In this document: positions 1 through 12,498 of the stretch, one piece after another
How positions within the stretch are numbered: position 1 is the first letter of the stretch
How the letters are laid out: each line of letters opens with the position of its first letter
Assembly: GCA_036172245.1 (NCBI GenBank)
Contig: JAYWIR010000020.1
Location: forward strand, 3,038,001-3,102,000
DNA length: 64,000 bases
Origin: Raillietiella orientalis
Taxonomy: Eukaryota
Reading direction: 5' to 3'
Notes under the pieces: generated by a model
Seen by the model: the letters and a program-made list of their open reading frames with translations, nothing else
Database searches by the model: none
What the model was told of the DNA's origin: nothing
Program-made: the position numbers and the translations under genes

Positions 1-2381
1 TAAGAGCTCATGGTTACCACAAGACGGTTAATCAGGAGAGGTTTCGGCTCTCCTAAGGAAACTGGGACCTTCGGGATGATGCCCAAGATTCGCATCCACA
101 TCTAGGTATTTCACGATTCATGTCGTTCGGAACCTCTCACTTCGAAATGAAAAGAAGTCGCAAACACCAGTGATAATTTCCAGCTGCATAGATTCGCCCT
201 GCTGGTTGTTAACGACACGGCTGCAAAGCACCAGATTAGCGATTCCTATCGAGGAGAGCGAAAATATTCCTTCCAGGGTCGGAAGCCAAGAGCCTGGACA
301 CACCGCAGTTTCCAGGTTCAGCTCCATTTCTGCATCCAGCAAGAGGAATCGGTCTCAGTGCGCAAAGAGAAAATCCCGCCTTCCACGCGCGCGCGCGCAC
401 GTTTTGCTCCACGGTCTTCCACGCTGGCACGTTTTCTCTCGCAACCCTCTTATCAAAAGCAGTTATCCGATTAAGAAGATTCGAGGCCCTAGGCTGCTGC
501 TTTCGAATTTCGTGTGAACCTCGAGAGAGTTGCGAAACGGAGGAGAGAAAGAAAAAGAAAAGATGAGCGCCGAAGAAGGCTCATTGATGCGTAGAAAAGA
601 AACGATCGAATTCACTTAGAGATCATATGGCCGGAAACCGTCCGGGAACGAATTAACGAATTCAGAGAATGAGGTGCACACAGGATGGTAGCATCTTGGA
701 AGGAGAGAGCATTTTTCGGCAAGTCGAAAGCTAAGACCTTCGCCGTCTGAAGGTGAGGGACTCGAGCTTCGCAAAAGATGCATCGGAATCCGGTTTCCAA
801 GAGGCTCTGAGACCAATCTGGTTTCCAATCTCAGTGGTAGCAGCACAGCATCAGTATGCTGCTTTTGGATACTCAGATTCAAGAGAGGATAAGACTGGTG
901 GAAGGAAAGTGAGGATGGGATGGGGGATCAGAAGAGGCGAATGAGACATCGGCCCATGAGCTTGAAATGCGATTATCGTTGGGCATCGTTCTCAGGAGAA
1001 ACTCTGCGATTCAACCCTCCACTGACGGTGAGATCAGGGAGGGATTATACGGTGCACAGGTTTCTTCTTTTGAAGATGAATGGTCTCATTGGACTGCGCA
1101 GCAGCTCCATCTTTCGAAAGAATGGCAGAATCCAAGCCTGCACTTTCAGTAAAAACTAATAGAAATTCTTTTTAAAAAAGATGAGAAAATAAAAATTGGT
1201 ATTTAATTTGCGTCTTATCTCGTTCTTTTCCACCCTTAGTTTTACTGTTGTGGTAGTCCCAAAGATGCGTTACCACCTCTCACTCGGCGGGAATGCCTGG
1301 CGGCAGGAATCATTGAAAACATGGAGGCTCCTGGAAATTCCGACTCTCCTGGCAACGGTTCCATTAACAGGCTGGGAAACCTTCTCATTGACGAGAACGT
1401 CGCCGGTGCCAGCCTGCTTCTCAGATCTCAGAGCGAGTTTGTCCAGTTGGCCCCTTTAGTGCATCGACGGAGGAGGAAGAAGTGGATTCTCCTGCGGTGT
1501 AGATGATCCCTGCCGGAGCACGCGGGTCATGGAGTACATCGCTCGATGGGAATCGCCTGGGCCGACGAGCTAAGCGACGGAGATCCCCTTTAGATCCAGA
1601 AGGAAGGTGGATAGAATTTTACACGGTACTCGAAAATGAAAAATTCAGGTGCATTCGGGTCGACGCCTCCGTCCTTCCATTTACTACCAAAAGACCTCCA
1701 TCCTTGTGATTGTTCATTCGATCCTCCCTCGGGCCAAGGAACTGTCGCTAGACCTCGACGCGGAGGACCACCCTCCAAGGAGTGTGCCCTCTATGGTATA
1801 GAGGCAATCCTGATTCCCGAACGCGGAAGGTTGCGTTGTGGATGGAAACGCGTCACTGGGAGACTTCGTGTCCCTAAAGCTGTTCCCTTTTTCGGGATCG
1901 GCAGTTGCCTCCACAGTCGAGATCCTCTACCACGTGGGATCAACCGCGACCGCCAAAACGGAAATAAAGTGTGCCCATAGTCGTCCCTTAGGGCCGTTTG
2001 CAATCGCCATCTGCGGGATGCGAAAGGTAAAGAAATGGACCAATCCTGGGTGTGAGGTTCAGGAAAACCTTTGGACGACTGCGAGCAGACCTGTTCGGAA
2101 CCTCCCGCCGTTGTCCTGGCTGACGTAGGTCGCGTTCCATGGGGTATCAGATGGTGAGCTATGGACTCTCTTGGGAACAAGGTTTGTCGGGACCCGAAGC
2201 TTGGGAGAACGGCGAGTAGTGCCTTCGAGGCATGGCCTCGAGGGATTGCTTTCGCAGAGCTGCCAGGGTTGGATCCCTCACGGCTTGGGAGATCTCGAAC
2301 CCCGGCCAAGATTCGCTCCGCCCTCTCCTTGATCCCTCCAGAACTCGTTCCAGCTGTTGACTCCTGCATGGTGCGTTCCAC

Positions 2382-2730
2382 TCTTTTAAAAGGAGAGGAG
2401 GAGGAGACGTGGCTCGCGTCGCCGTGGATCGAGACGTCTCTCCTGCAGAGCGTCGAGGGCATGCGGTGGAAGATCTCAAGGAAGGGCACAGTCCTGTCCG
2501 CCGCAACCAGGCCGACGAGGTGGTCCCGCCGGTCGCGCACATCCCTGGAGCCCCAGAAAGGAACCCTGAGGAACGCGGAGGGTCCCCGCTCATACAGGAG
2601 AAGAACCCGGGTCTCCAGTGGCCTCACATACCTCCGCTTCCTGGCCGCTCCCTCTCTGAGCACGACCAACGGGCGTGCGCGATGTGCAGAGCACCGTCGC
2701 ACATCCTTAATGGAGTTCTCTTTCCGGATG
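2382..2730 (-). CDS. Putative coding or pseudo-exon(s) of unidentified protein
   Basis: Strong acceptor (ttctcgtatag|), open frame with mostly C/G-ending codons (VPFWGSRDVRDRRDHLVGLVAADRTVPFLEIFHRMPSTLCRRDVSIHGD), and a possible internal 66-nt intron gtatgt...ttcctcag. No family recognised. Confidence 0.3.
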
Positions 2731-4005
2731 CTATACGAGAAGCCGGAAGACGGGAGGAGAAGGGTGGAGATGGAGAAGGAGGAGGAGGAGGAGGGGAGAG
2801 GAGTCCTTCGGCAGAGGAGGAAGCCGGCGGACGCGGACGTGGAAGGGGGGAGGGAATCTCGGTGGCAACTGCCAAGAAGCGTCACCTCTCATTCTGTGAC
2901 TTTCACCCAGAACCATGACTTCCAGGCCGGCGTCAGAAGGTCACATCGGACCCACCCCGGCTCCTTGGGTGCCTAGGGAGCCCCTTAGACACTTACTGAT
3001 CCCAGAGGAGCAGACGTCCGCGGGTGTTCCTTGGACGTGCGGGCGGATGCAACCCGTTCCAGAGCACCGCGTGCATTCTCTCGGAGACCGACGGCTCTCC
3101 GTGGAAGGCCGTGACACGCGACTACCCTTGCTCGGGCGAGTCCCTCCGATCAATATGCGCGTACGTCCTCCGGCCCCCGCGCTCCCCGAGCGAACAGGCT
3201 CCGAGCATGAAACATCTCGTGTCTGCATCGCAGGCGACGCGGCGCTGGCGAGGAATGCGTGCCGCTCACGTGACGTCCACTTTTATTTTGATTTGGGACC
3301 ACAGGGAAGAGTCTTCCAGGAAAAAACCTTAAAAAAAAAGGAAAAAAAAGGAGGGGAAGGGAGGGTGGGAATGTGAAAAAAGGTAGAAGCGAAAGCGAAC
3401 CAGAAAAAATTAGGGATCCAGGATAGGGTCGTCCGTTTGCCTCTTTGCTTTCCCGCAATCCAGAGCGGTCTTGGGAGATCTGCGATTGGACTCAGGGCAC
3501 CGAGAGCGGGAACGGGGATCTCCGATCCGCTCGAGGACTCCGCGGTGCAGGAAAAGTGGGTCTGGTGCTACGTAGGTCTGGCTTTCCCCTTAACTGGAGC
3601 CGCGACCACGTGCACATGCCTTTGCGCTTCCGAAAAGCGAACGGGAGGGGCCTCGCCCCTCGCAGACATCCTTAAATGGGGAGGAAAAGGGAGGCTGAGT
3701 GGGAGGAGGAACTCGTCGGCGTCCCGAACTGGGAAGCCCAGTCGTGCTAAAGGAAACCGTGAGCTTGCAGATGGGGAGGGAAAGGAAGGTGAGAACGAGG
3801 AAGGACCGGACGGATGGCGCTCTTTCGAAAACTGGGAGCAGCGATAGGGCAGAAAGATGGAATGCAAACCTTTGACACCCCCTCTGCGTCCGGTTTTGGG
3901 CAGTCTTTTTGGTCGACTTTTCCTGACTTTAGGAGACAGGAAAAAGGGGGAGAGGTTAGAGGAGGAAGGGGAAGAAGAGGGGGAGGAGGGGAAGGAAGAC
4001 TTGGA

Positions 4006-4044
4006 TATAAAAGGGCTCATCGGTACCCCGATACTTCATTCAGT
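4006..4044 (+). promoter_or_regulatory. Candidate TATA + Initiator core promoter
   Basis: TATAAAAG at 4006-4013 and arthropod Inr TCATTC (A at 4038, 32 nt downstream), overlapping TCAGT, after a GA-rich tract. Confidence 0.4.
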
Positions 4045-4699
4045 ACCCTAACAAGTGACCTTAAGACTGCACCGGGTCTTTCCTCTTCCTATTTGTTTGC
4101 CATCCCATTATCCGTGCACTCTTCTGTATCTCTCGCAAAAGCACCTCGGTCTGACCACTTTCACAGAGATGTTCTCCCCTTTGTCTGGTCTGGATAATCC
4201 CTTGAGCGCAGGCATCCCGAACAGCTGCGGTCATTTCTTCTCGCAGCGTCCGCAATTCAAGGGTTCATGAAGGGGGAGCTGCAAGCGACCTGCGCTGGAT
4301 GCTGCGTGTTTCCCACAGGACCAGCCAAAAGGGAAAAAATCAGGTCTGCAGCCTCCGGCTGGTTCCAACAGGATCCAAATGCACATACAGTACGGTGTTT
4401 GCTTTCACCACAAGCGTGAAGAGGGTGTTTCTCAAAGTGACGACCGCACAAGGATTGAAAAAAACCGTCTGAGTCAGGGAATACCGGAAAGGAAGGACAT
4501 TGCCAGAAAGATACCAAGAAAGATGTCGAGAAGAGGAAAACTGAGGGATGCGGTAACTGGAATACAGCATGGTCTTCGGCGGAAGAGGAAGGGGAGAAGT
4601 GGAGGGCGTGTCAACTCCGAGGAAGAACTCCTGAGAAGACATCAGTTGGAAGTAGCCCGCGGTTCCGACTGCCACAGGAGGGAGCGAAGTGACCAGTCG

Positions 4700-6531
4700 A
4701 GTCTCCGGTCTGGGGGTTGCATCTTTCAGCACGGCACTTCTTTTCTCAAGGGGGGAAGGGAGGGGGAGGGGACAGCAAGCAGAACTTCCTCACGCATTCG
4801 ACCAGCAGCAAGCCAAAGGGTACGTAGCTTAGAAGCCAATCAGGAAGCAATGCATGAAGAAGGACGGTCTTACTGACCCAAGGACAGGAGCACAGAGGAA
4901 CAGGTTTTTTTCATCTTATCGTATGAATTATTCTGGTGCCCACCTACGGTGTCCGATCACCATCATGACAAAGTATCCTTTTGTGACACGGGTAGCTTTC
5001 CCGCTAGGCAAATAAACAGTCACGGTTGTTTACCTGAACCTGGAAAACCGAATCCTGGATGCGAAGAACAGTACAAAAGAAGCAATCCAAAAAAAAGAAG
5101 GAAAAACGGCCTGACGGTTACTTCCGGCATTTTCAGGATAGAAGCTGGCTGGGCAGTCTCATCTTATTTGCGGAATTACAAGGAGTTCTATGGCAATTGC
5201 ATATGAGAGATCCTGAAGTTGAGGTGATCCAGATCAAGAAGACTGCTGTGAAGTGTTGGGAGTCGATTACCTTCAGTCAGTCGTTCTTGGGAACTGATTG
5301 GAAGCCTTGACCGGGACTGGTGAACCACAGAAAAGGAATGGTGATCACGCTGACCTCATGTGTTCCTTTGACCCTTCAGCGGCGGTGCCTAGAAGAGGCA
5401 AGAAAAGCAGACCAAGATGGCTGGCTGGCCATCCACCTCGCCTTTAAGGATGTGCCTGGAAACAGAAAACAGTTCAGGCGTGGGCGAAAATAGACGACAA
5501 GGGCCCAGAGCAATCGCGATGCCTCCAAGTCTCGAACTACACTCGCTGCTCGTTGCAGCAAATCATGGACTGTCCACGGGAAACCGCCTGGAAGCGCAAC
5601 ACCCTACTAAGAGACATACTAAGCACCATAAGACAAAGTGGTAATAGACAAAGCGATGCTCCCATAATATAGGAAGTATCCTCCGAGATCGCGGGGAAAA
5701 AGAAGCAGCTGGGAAGCTGGACGGCGCGTTAACTGGCTGACGCACGCATCCCCGCCTCCTTCCCCAAAGGAATTCATCTCTGGGTGGAACCCCTGGACAT
5801 TCCTCCTGAAGACGCAGAATACCCCCAGTGTTTCTGAAGAGCTAACGCTTTTCTTGAAGTGGCAGGACTCGATGTTGCAATTGTTGCATTGGGCGGTCCC
5901 ATGCAACCTCACGAGTCCACCACTGGACAGGGGGAGTGTAGCCTCAGACTGTGACCAAGTGCGGGGAACAGGAAACCTTCCCGCACCTGCTGTTGGATTG
6001 TGTTGCCCTCCTGAGTGTCCGGGAATGCGTCGCTGCAGTCCTCCCGCTGCGGTGGACGACGACAGAGAAGTCTTGCGGCGCCTCTTCGCGCGCGACGCGA
6101 CGTTGCCTGCAGCTCTCTTTGCAGCTCCATGCTCCTCCGTGGAACGGTGGTGGAGAGCAGCTGAGACGAAAGAGGTCGGTTGAATGATGAGGTCATTGCA
6201 ATTGCCTGCTCCTTCATGAAAAAGGAGACGAGACTGCCAACAAAAGGAGGAAGTTGCCAACATCCTCCAGAGGATGCTGAGGACGCCAGGAAGAAACCTA
6301 CTATCCCTTCTCTTCCCCCCAAACATGTTTAAACTGAGCTTTTGTGTGTGTTTTTTGCTTTTGTTTACCTTTTTACCCACTTCTCCTGTGCGGACCTCAT
6401 AGTGGGAGCTGCTCACGAGGTGCAGCGCCTCCAAGGCATCTCCCTTTGTAGAGGTCATGTAAAGCCACTGGGAAGAAGCATTTTTTTATATGACTGTCTT
6501 TTTTTTGTAAATATTTTTTTTTTACAATAAA
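4700..6531 (+). mobile_element. Decayed L1/Tx1-type non-LTR retrotransposon (ORF2 remnant and 3' UTR)
   Basis: Colinear motifs across frameshifts: EN SDH (4952-4960), KEFYG/QL (~5180), ESIT, FWELIG, KGMVITL (~5335-5352), GWLAIHLAFKDV (~5420-5454), RQGP..AIAM (~5495-5522), QLLHWAVPCN, and a CX2CX7HX4C knuckle C-TKC-GEQETFPHLLLDC (~5949-6001, one frameshift). T-rich 3' UTR ends in AATAAA at 6526-6531. ORF1 remnants may extend to ~4040. Confidence 0.78.
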
Positions 6532-7317
6532 CGCCCCGGCATCACCAGGTAAAAAAAGGATGTGTCCATGTCCGTGTTCCTCTTGGAATGGAAAGATTCC
6601 TTTCGCTTTGAACCATCTACACCCTTCTGTTTTGGCAACTCATTCTAGCTTCATCTACCGCCAGCCTCTATCTCTCTTCTATGAAGGTTTTCCTCTGAAG
6701 CCGCAAGCATCCTTCCCCTCATTCCAGGTGCTTCCATAAGAAGCTTGACCTTCGATAATCTCGAAAGAGCGTCGTGAATAACAAGCTGGAGAAAAGTCCG
6801 GCATTCCAGGACTGACATCCCGCTGACGTACCAAAACTTCTGCTGGAGCTGCAGCACCGCAAGTTGCGTGGGGTCGCTAAAAGAGGCTCCCTCACCGAAG
6901 TGTGCTTGAGGGGCGCCCTTTGTTTCGTTCATTTTTCAATACGAGGGTGGCTCAACATGAGGTCAATGGGATGCACCGTTTCCGATTCCAAAGCACGTCG
7001 TGTGAGGCATTTCTCCCTCCATTGGCGGTGAAGTCAGGAAGAGGAGGAGTCTTTCATTCCTTCACTTTTTTTCTTCTTCTTACTGTGGTTCCACTTTTGG
7101 AATAGGGTAAGGGGTGTACGGAAACATCCAAACCCCTTCAAAGAAGTGAGGAGGAGAGCACGCCTGTGCGTCGACAGCCACTTGGCAGGACATTCTTTGG
7201 CAGTTGGCGATCGCGCTGAGTGGAGGTTACCTTCAGGATCAGCGGCTGTTCTTCGGTCGAGTCCTTCCTGAAAGATTGTCCGGCATTCTACAGCCCCCCC
7301 CCCTCCCTTCCTGCCAG

Positions 7318-7941
7318 AGGAAGAGCCACCTCCAGACTCGGTGCAGTGCATTCAGGCTGGAACAGCTCGACTTGATGGAGCTTCCGTTACCGGCCTGCAC
7401 GACGCGCCACCATCTCCTCTACCCTGTTTCTCGCCTCTCACCCTTTTTCAAAACCTTCCAGGATTCTCCACTCATTTACCGATTTCGGAAAACATCCGCG
7501 GTCTCCGAAGGAGCATGACCTCGTCACGAATTCTCTCGGTCCTTGGCAGCTCCCCGAAGACGGCGCAGCATTGCCATGGTGCTCAGGCATGGCAATGAGG
7601 GCACCTGCTGATTTGGACTCCTCCACAGGGTAAACGAGAAAGGTAAGGGGCAAGATGGTTCTTTTCGGTTCACCCTTAGGTCACGATCTGGAGCCTCCAC
7701 GAAAACCGATGAAGTTTTCCTCCGCAATGATAAGGGTCAGGAAACCAGACTCGCTTCAAGGTGGACCTTGGTGAAGCGTCTCTGGAGCGCGCCTTCCCCA
7801 CCTCAGAAGGAGGTCAACAAGGAGCAGGTGTGGGGCAACCTGGATTCCCTGGAGGGAGGTTTGGACTCCGTCATGCAAGTCATCATTTGGAAGGAGAGTT
7901 TCGGCTGGCAAGATGAGACCAGGAAGGTCGTCATCCTCACC
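7318..7941 (+). pseudogene. Integrin beta subunit pseudogene fragment (unprocessed)
   Basis: 7807-7941 reads KEVNKEQVWGNLDSLEGGLDSVMQVIIWKESFGWQDETRKVVILT, matching the beta-I motif EV..A.VSGNLDAPEGGFDAIMQ..C...IGWR..AR.LLVF. It follows a 46-nt GT-AG intron (7761-7806) and NQTRFK. Weaker upstream hits: QCIQAG (7344-7361), SIAMVLRHG (7567-7593). Stops, frameshifts, P>L and C>W at conserved sites. Confidence 0.8.
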
Positions 7942-10900
7942 AGGCTGATGAAGGGAGGACAAGCATTCCCAACCCCTTTTCTCCCTACCCTTCTAAGCTT
8001 TCCCTGTCCTTGGCAGTCTTGACTTGCGAGTCAAACTCCTTCACCGAGCTCCAATTTGAACACTACGGTGTACTCCTTTGTCCTCCCTCCCTTCCTTCGT
8101 TCCCTGGGCAGTTGAGAACAGCTTCCAGATTTTCACTGGGCTCTTTCTGTCCACTGGAAGGCTGGAGGGAAAACAGATGTCCCCCTGGGACTTCAGGACC
8201 TCTTCCACCTCGCTGCTTGCTTTCTCATTCTGATGTCCTCAGGACGAAGACGTGCTTCCCTCTGGGACCCTTGCCTCCTCTACATCCGGTCCTTTTTCTG
8301 ACATCGGCCGTAGAACCTCTACCGAATAGACCCCTTCTACCCTGAATGTTACAGTAAGGGGTGGCCTGCCCCACAAAGGCGGTGAACCCCCAGGGGATGC
8401 TGAGGCAGGATGGAATGGTTTTCACGAAACAGAAGAGCCATCCAGACCAACCTAACCTACACCTCAGTGCATCTCGTTGTCCCGAAAGTTCCGGAGGAGC
8501 GGGGACATGCCCTCCGGAGGAAACCAGCAGATGACCTTTGAGTAAAGTCTCTTGGAGCAGTTCCTTTCGGAGACCATAGTACTGGGACACGCCGCGCCTA
8601 GTGCTCCTGCGCAGTCGAGGGCACCTTTCGAATGAGCGCACAGCCTTCTGGAAAACCGGACATTTCCCACTCGGACTTAGGCCCATCCCGAGAGAGAGGC
8701 AGAATTCCCTTTTCCCAGCAGCTGGGAGTAGGCAGAGGCCACCCACAGGGCTGCGAATAGGGAGCCTTCAGTCTGAAGGCACAGAAGGCTGCAAACGAAA
8801 AAGTTCAGAAAGAGGGCCGGTCAGAGGTCGTTTACTCCAGCACGCGACGACCGCGCCCCCTCCTTCAGTAGCGCCATCTCCTGGACCCCACACGAACTGC
8901 AGATGTTTAGGAAACCGAAGAAAGACTTCATCCGGGAGCCTTCCATCCCATGACGGAACGGAGCTCCAGCTCTTGCAAGGCCGAGACTCCACGCAGGAGT
9001 ACCTTGGTGAGGTCCACCGACGGCGGGGTTCCGCCCGCTCTCCACGCTGCAGGGATGGGGAGGGAAGAGCGGGAACATCTTCCCCCTGCTTCCCGATGAG
9101 CGCTCATTGCGGATGAGGCTGTGGAGGCTGAAAGCTGCCTCCTCTGGGCACCCCACGACTCCTCGCTCTCAAGACACACATGCCAGCTGAGGCCATTTCC
9201 GTGAGGGGAAGATTCCTCCCCTTTCCTCTCCCTTGGAGGGAGCCTTCAGGAAGAGAAGCGTCCGTCCATTGGTCCGGCCAGCAGCAAGGAGGAAGCTGAG
9301 GGAGAACACGCACGAGGAAGAGCGCCGTGGAGTGAAGGGCGTAGTCGTCACGTTCGACCGGCAGCCCGAAGGATGCTAAGGGGGGGAGGGGGGAGGAGAG
9401 TGAGGAAGGGGAGTAGTAGCCCTCCTGCCGGGAGCGGGAAAGGCCCCATCCGCCCACGAGCATGGGGTGATTTTTCGCCCGAGTTCTCAAGGCGGAGAGG
9501 CTGCTGCTCTGTTCGCGGGTTTGTCGTTCCTCTCGGAGGATCTGCACCCCAGTCTGGACGCCTCCTTCTCCTCTGCCCGCCGGGAAAGAGGAGGCGGGCT
9601 GCCTGCTCGCATTGCCGCCACCGAGATCGGCAACGCTGAATGCTGTTCCCGGAGGAGGTGCCTGCCAGAGTGGACAAGAATGTCGTGGACCTTGACCGGG
9701 AGCCGCCCGTCATCCACTCAAGAAAGAAGGGGGCTCCCCGAAAGGCATGGCAGTTCGCACGAGCCCTTCTGCTCCCGCTGCGGCTCCGGAGCCTGCCGAA
9801 GGAAGAGCTACCAGACGAGCCGGACCCGGAAGAAGGAGCAGGCGCGTCCGACGGATCGCTCGGTCCGTCGAGCAGGGAGAAAATTGGGGAGGGTTGGGGG
9901 TGCCCCCCCCCTTTCTGAGCCGGGTCGTCGTCGGCGTTTCCCTCCTAGCGTCTGGCTTTCTCCCCCCCCTTTCTTTTCAGGGATCTTCCCACCGCGAATC
10001 CCGCCCGTTTACGAAGGACCTCCTTCCCCCGGGACTCTGTCTACGCGTGGGAGTCCCTGCACCGAACCAGCATCGCATTCCGGGGTCCGATCCGGTTCCG
10101 GTCATCATCCGGCGTCCACGCCCCTCCTCCCCTTTTCCTACTCTCCTCCCCCCTCCTCCTCCTCTCTTTTCCTCTCATCTGCGCCTGTCGACAAGGACGC
10201 TGCCGTCCTAGTGGAACCTCCCAAAACCAACAATCCCATGCCAAGAAATCCGATACCGCTGGGGACGGCGGGGGCGGCTGCGTTTTCCTTGGCGCGGCTT
10301 CCAGCGAATTTCTTTTTTTTTCCGGCACCCGGCAGGGAAGGGGAGGGAGGGAGGGATGGGTTCACCTCCTCCTCCAGACCCCAACCACCGCGGGCGACTC
10401 CCTTTGGTCGCCGCTTGGGGCGACGCGTCTCCGGCGCCGTTCATCCCGGATGAGCCGCGGTTCTGCGGACGGAGGAGGCAAAGGAGAGAAGGAGAGGATA
10501 CAGGAAGGGAGGGGGGGAAGTGCCTCCCCTTCTGCTCAGCAACTACTCCCACTTCTTCCCGTCCTCTTCGCAACGACGGGGCACCTCTTTCCTTCTTCCC
10601 CCTCCCTCCTCCCCTTCTTCGCCTGCTCTCGGCAGCAGCGAAGCGCGGCAGACCGGGAAGAGCGCGCGGCTTTGCGCTTTCATCTACATCCGTCAGACGG
10701 AGCGTTGCGCCCGCACTCGGAGCCGAGGGTGGCGGGCGCGCATCTGGAGAGGGAGAGGAGTCGCTCTCCCAACCGGCTTCCCGGAGGGGAGGGAGGAAGG
10801 GGAAGCCAGGGCGGGCGGTGCCGGCATTTCCACGGCCACCAGAAGCCGAACCGCGAGTGGATGTTCCCTCCCTTCTCTCCTCCTCCCGCGCGCGCCCCGC

Positions 10901-11986
10901 TTCCCTTCTTGATTGCGTGCTCCACTGTCCTCGGCCACTTCTATCCGATAGATCGTCTGGAGCTCTTGCACGCTTCCTTAACCCCCACTCCATCCCACCC
11001 TTCCTGGATAAGAGATGCGGTGCTCGTGCGCGGTCGAGGAACGGCGCCCCCCTCTCCTCTCCCTCTCCCCTTCAGCGCCGCGTGCCTGACCAGGACGAGA
11101 AAGGGGGGAGGACGACCCACGCGGGGCGGCCATGCGCATCCCTCGCGGCTGAGGAGGAAAGCTGCGCACCTCCCGACATGGCGCCCTGGTAATTGCACCC
11201 TCGCTTTTTTAATTGGGCGGCGGTCGCGCTTCTCCGGAAACCGAACGGGCGAACGTCCGTCGGTCCCATCCATCACGATTAGAAGAAGGGAGCCGTCTCG
11301 ATGGAGATGTCTCGCGTTCCTCCGGCTGCCCGCCGCCGCCGCCGCACTCGGTCGGGTGCGATTAGCCGCGAGCTGCAAATTAGAGGAAGCGATAGGGGGC
11401 GTTCTGCGCGATTTCCACGTGCGCGCGCGCGCGCTCGAAACACATACACACACACAAAAAAGGAAAGAAAGGAGAGTGGGAGGGAGGAAAAGGAACGCAG
11501 AGGGAGGAAGGTCTGGCAGCGGACACTCCCTCCACAGCTGGACCAGGCACCGTTGTGTACGCGCACAGGCGCCCCCCCGCTTCGGCGGCAGGAAAACACA
11601 CCCGTCGCGCGTGCTGCCGCTGCTGCGCGTCCTGGGTTACCCTCGCAAGCGGGTGTGCGGGAGGAAGAGAAGGCGTCGTGGGAACGGAGGAGACCCGTTC
11701 GCAGGCTCCGCGTCATCCCGGACCAGGAGCCCTGTCACAGCTCGACCGCTCCCTCCGGAGCCCGGCTTCCGCGGACGCGAAGGGAGCGTCGAGGGCGCGG
11801 CGCAAACGGCAGCGACAGGAGGCGTTCGCGAGCACCCGGAGACGCGGCCTCGATGGAGGGAGGAGTGGGGAAGGGGGAGGTGAGGCAAGCAGCAACCGGC
11901 CTCCAGAAACCGGGACGGCGGCGGGTGCGCCCTTTCGAAGGGCGCAAGGCGCCTCTGATAAAATGGAAAACGGCAAACGTGTATTG

Positions 11987-12019
11987 TAAATCAATAAATA
12001 AAAAATGGAAAAATAAATA
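11987..12019 (-). promoter_or_regulatory. AU-rich element cluster in probable 3' UTR of the LRR gene
   Basis: Three ATTTA pentamers including a TTATTTATT nonamer (11993-12001), ~500 nt past the stop. Alternatively plus-strand AATAAA signals. Confidence 0.4.
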
Positions 12020-12498
12020 GGACAAAGGATCTCGAAACAAAAACTGGGAAGCTTTTGCTGAATGTGGGAAGGAGTTCACGCCGCTTCGGGGAATGAATGC
12101 TGGCGCATGGAAACGGGCGCCAACCTCCGCCTCTGCACTGTGTTTTTTCCCTCCAATTCTTGTGCGCTCGCGGCGCCATCACAACCGGTGCTCCATCGCA
12201 AGAAGCCACCATCTGCTCCGAAATATCCTAGGGACCGGGAATCCAAGCAAGGGATCTCCAAGCCGCTCAGCAGCACTGGAGCTTCTATACACTGAGGGGG
12301 TACACGAAAACTTTCAAAGCGTCCTATCAAAAAAGAAGGAACGTGTGGAACCGGGATAAACAAAGCTCAACGATTCTAAACGGAAGCACCTCCGCAGTGT
12401 TCCCCAGCGAAACATGGGGTGCGGTCTCCAGTGCAGCCCTTTTGTTTTCTTCATCTTCTGTTTTCGTTGCTCGAGCTGGTTGCCAGGGGAAGGGCACT

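Noticed and set aside
5378..5570. Ankyrin-like DQDGWLAIHLA and LLVAANHG
   Set aside because: Better explained as L1/Tx1 RT motifs colinear with flanking EN and CCHC motifs.
10450..11883. Long ORFs in GC-rich DNA (also 34611-36062, 45699-47024, 57883-59040)
   Set aside because: R/P/G/S-rich low-complexity translations, open in several frames, with no domain; expected where stop codons are rare.
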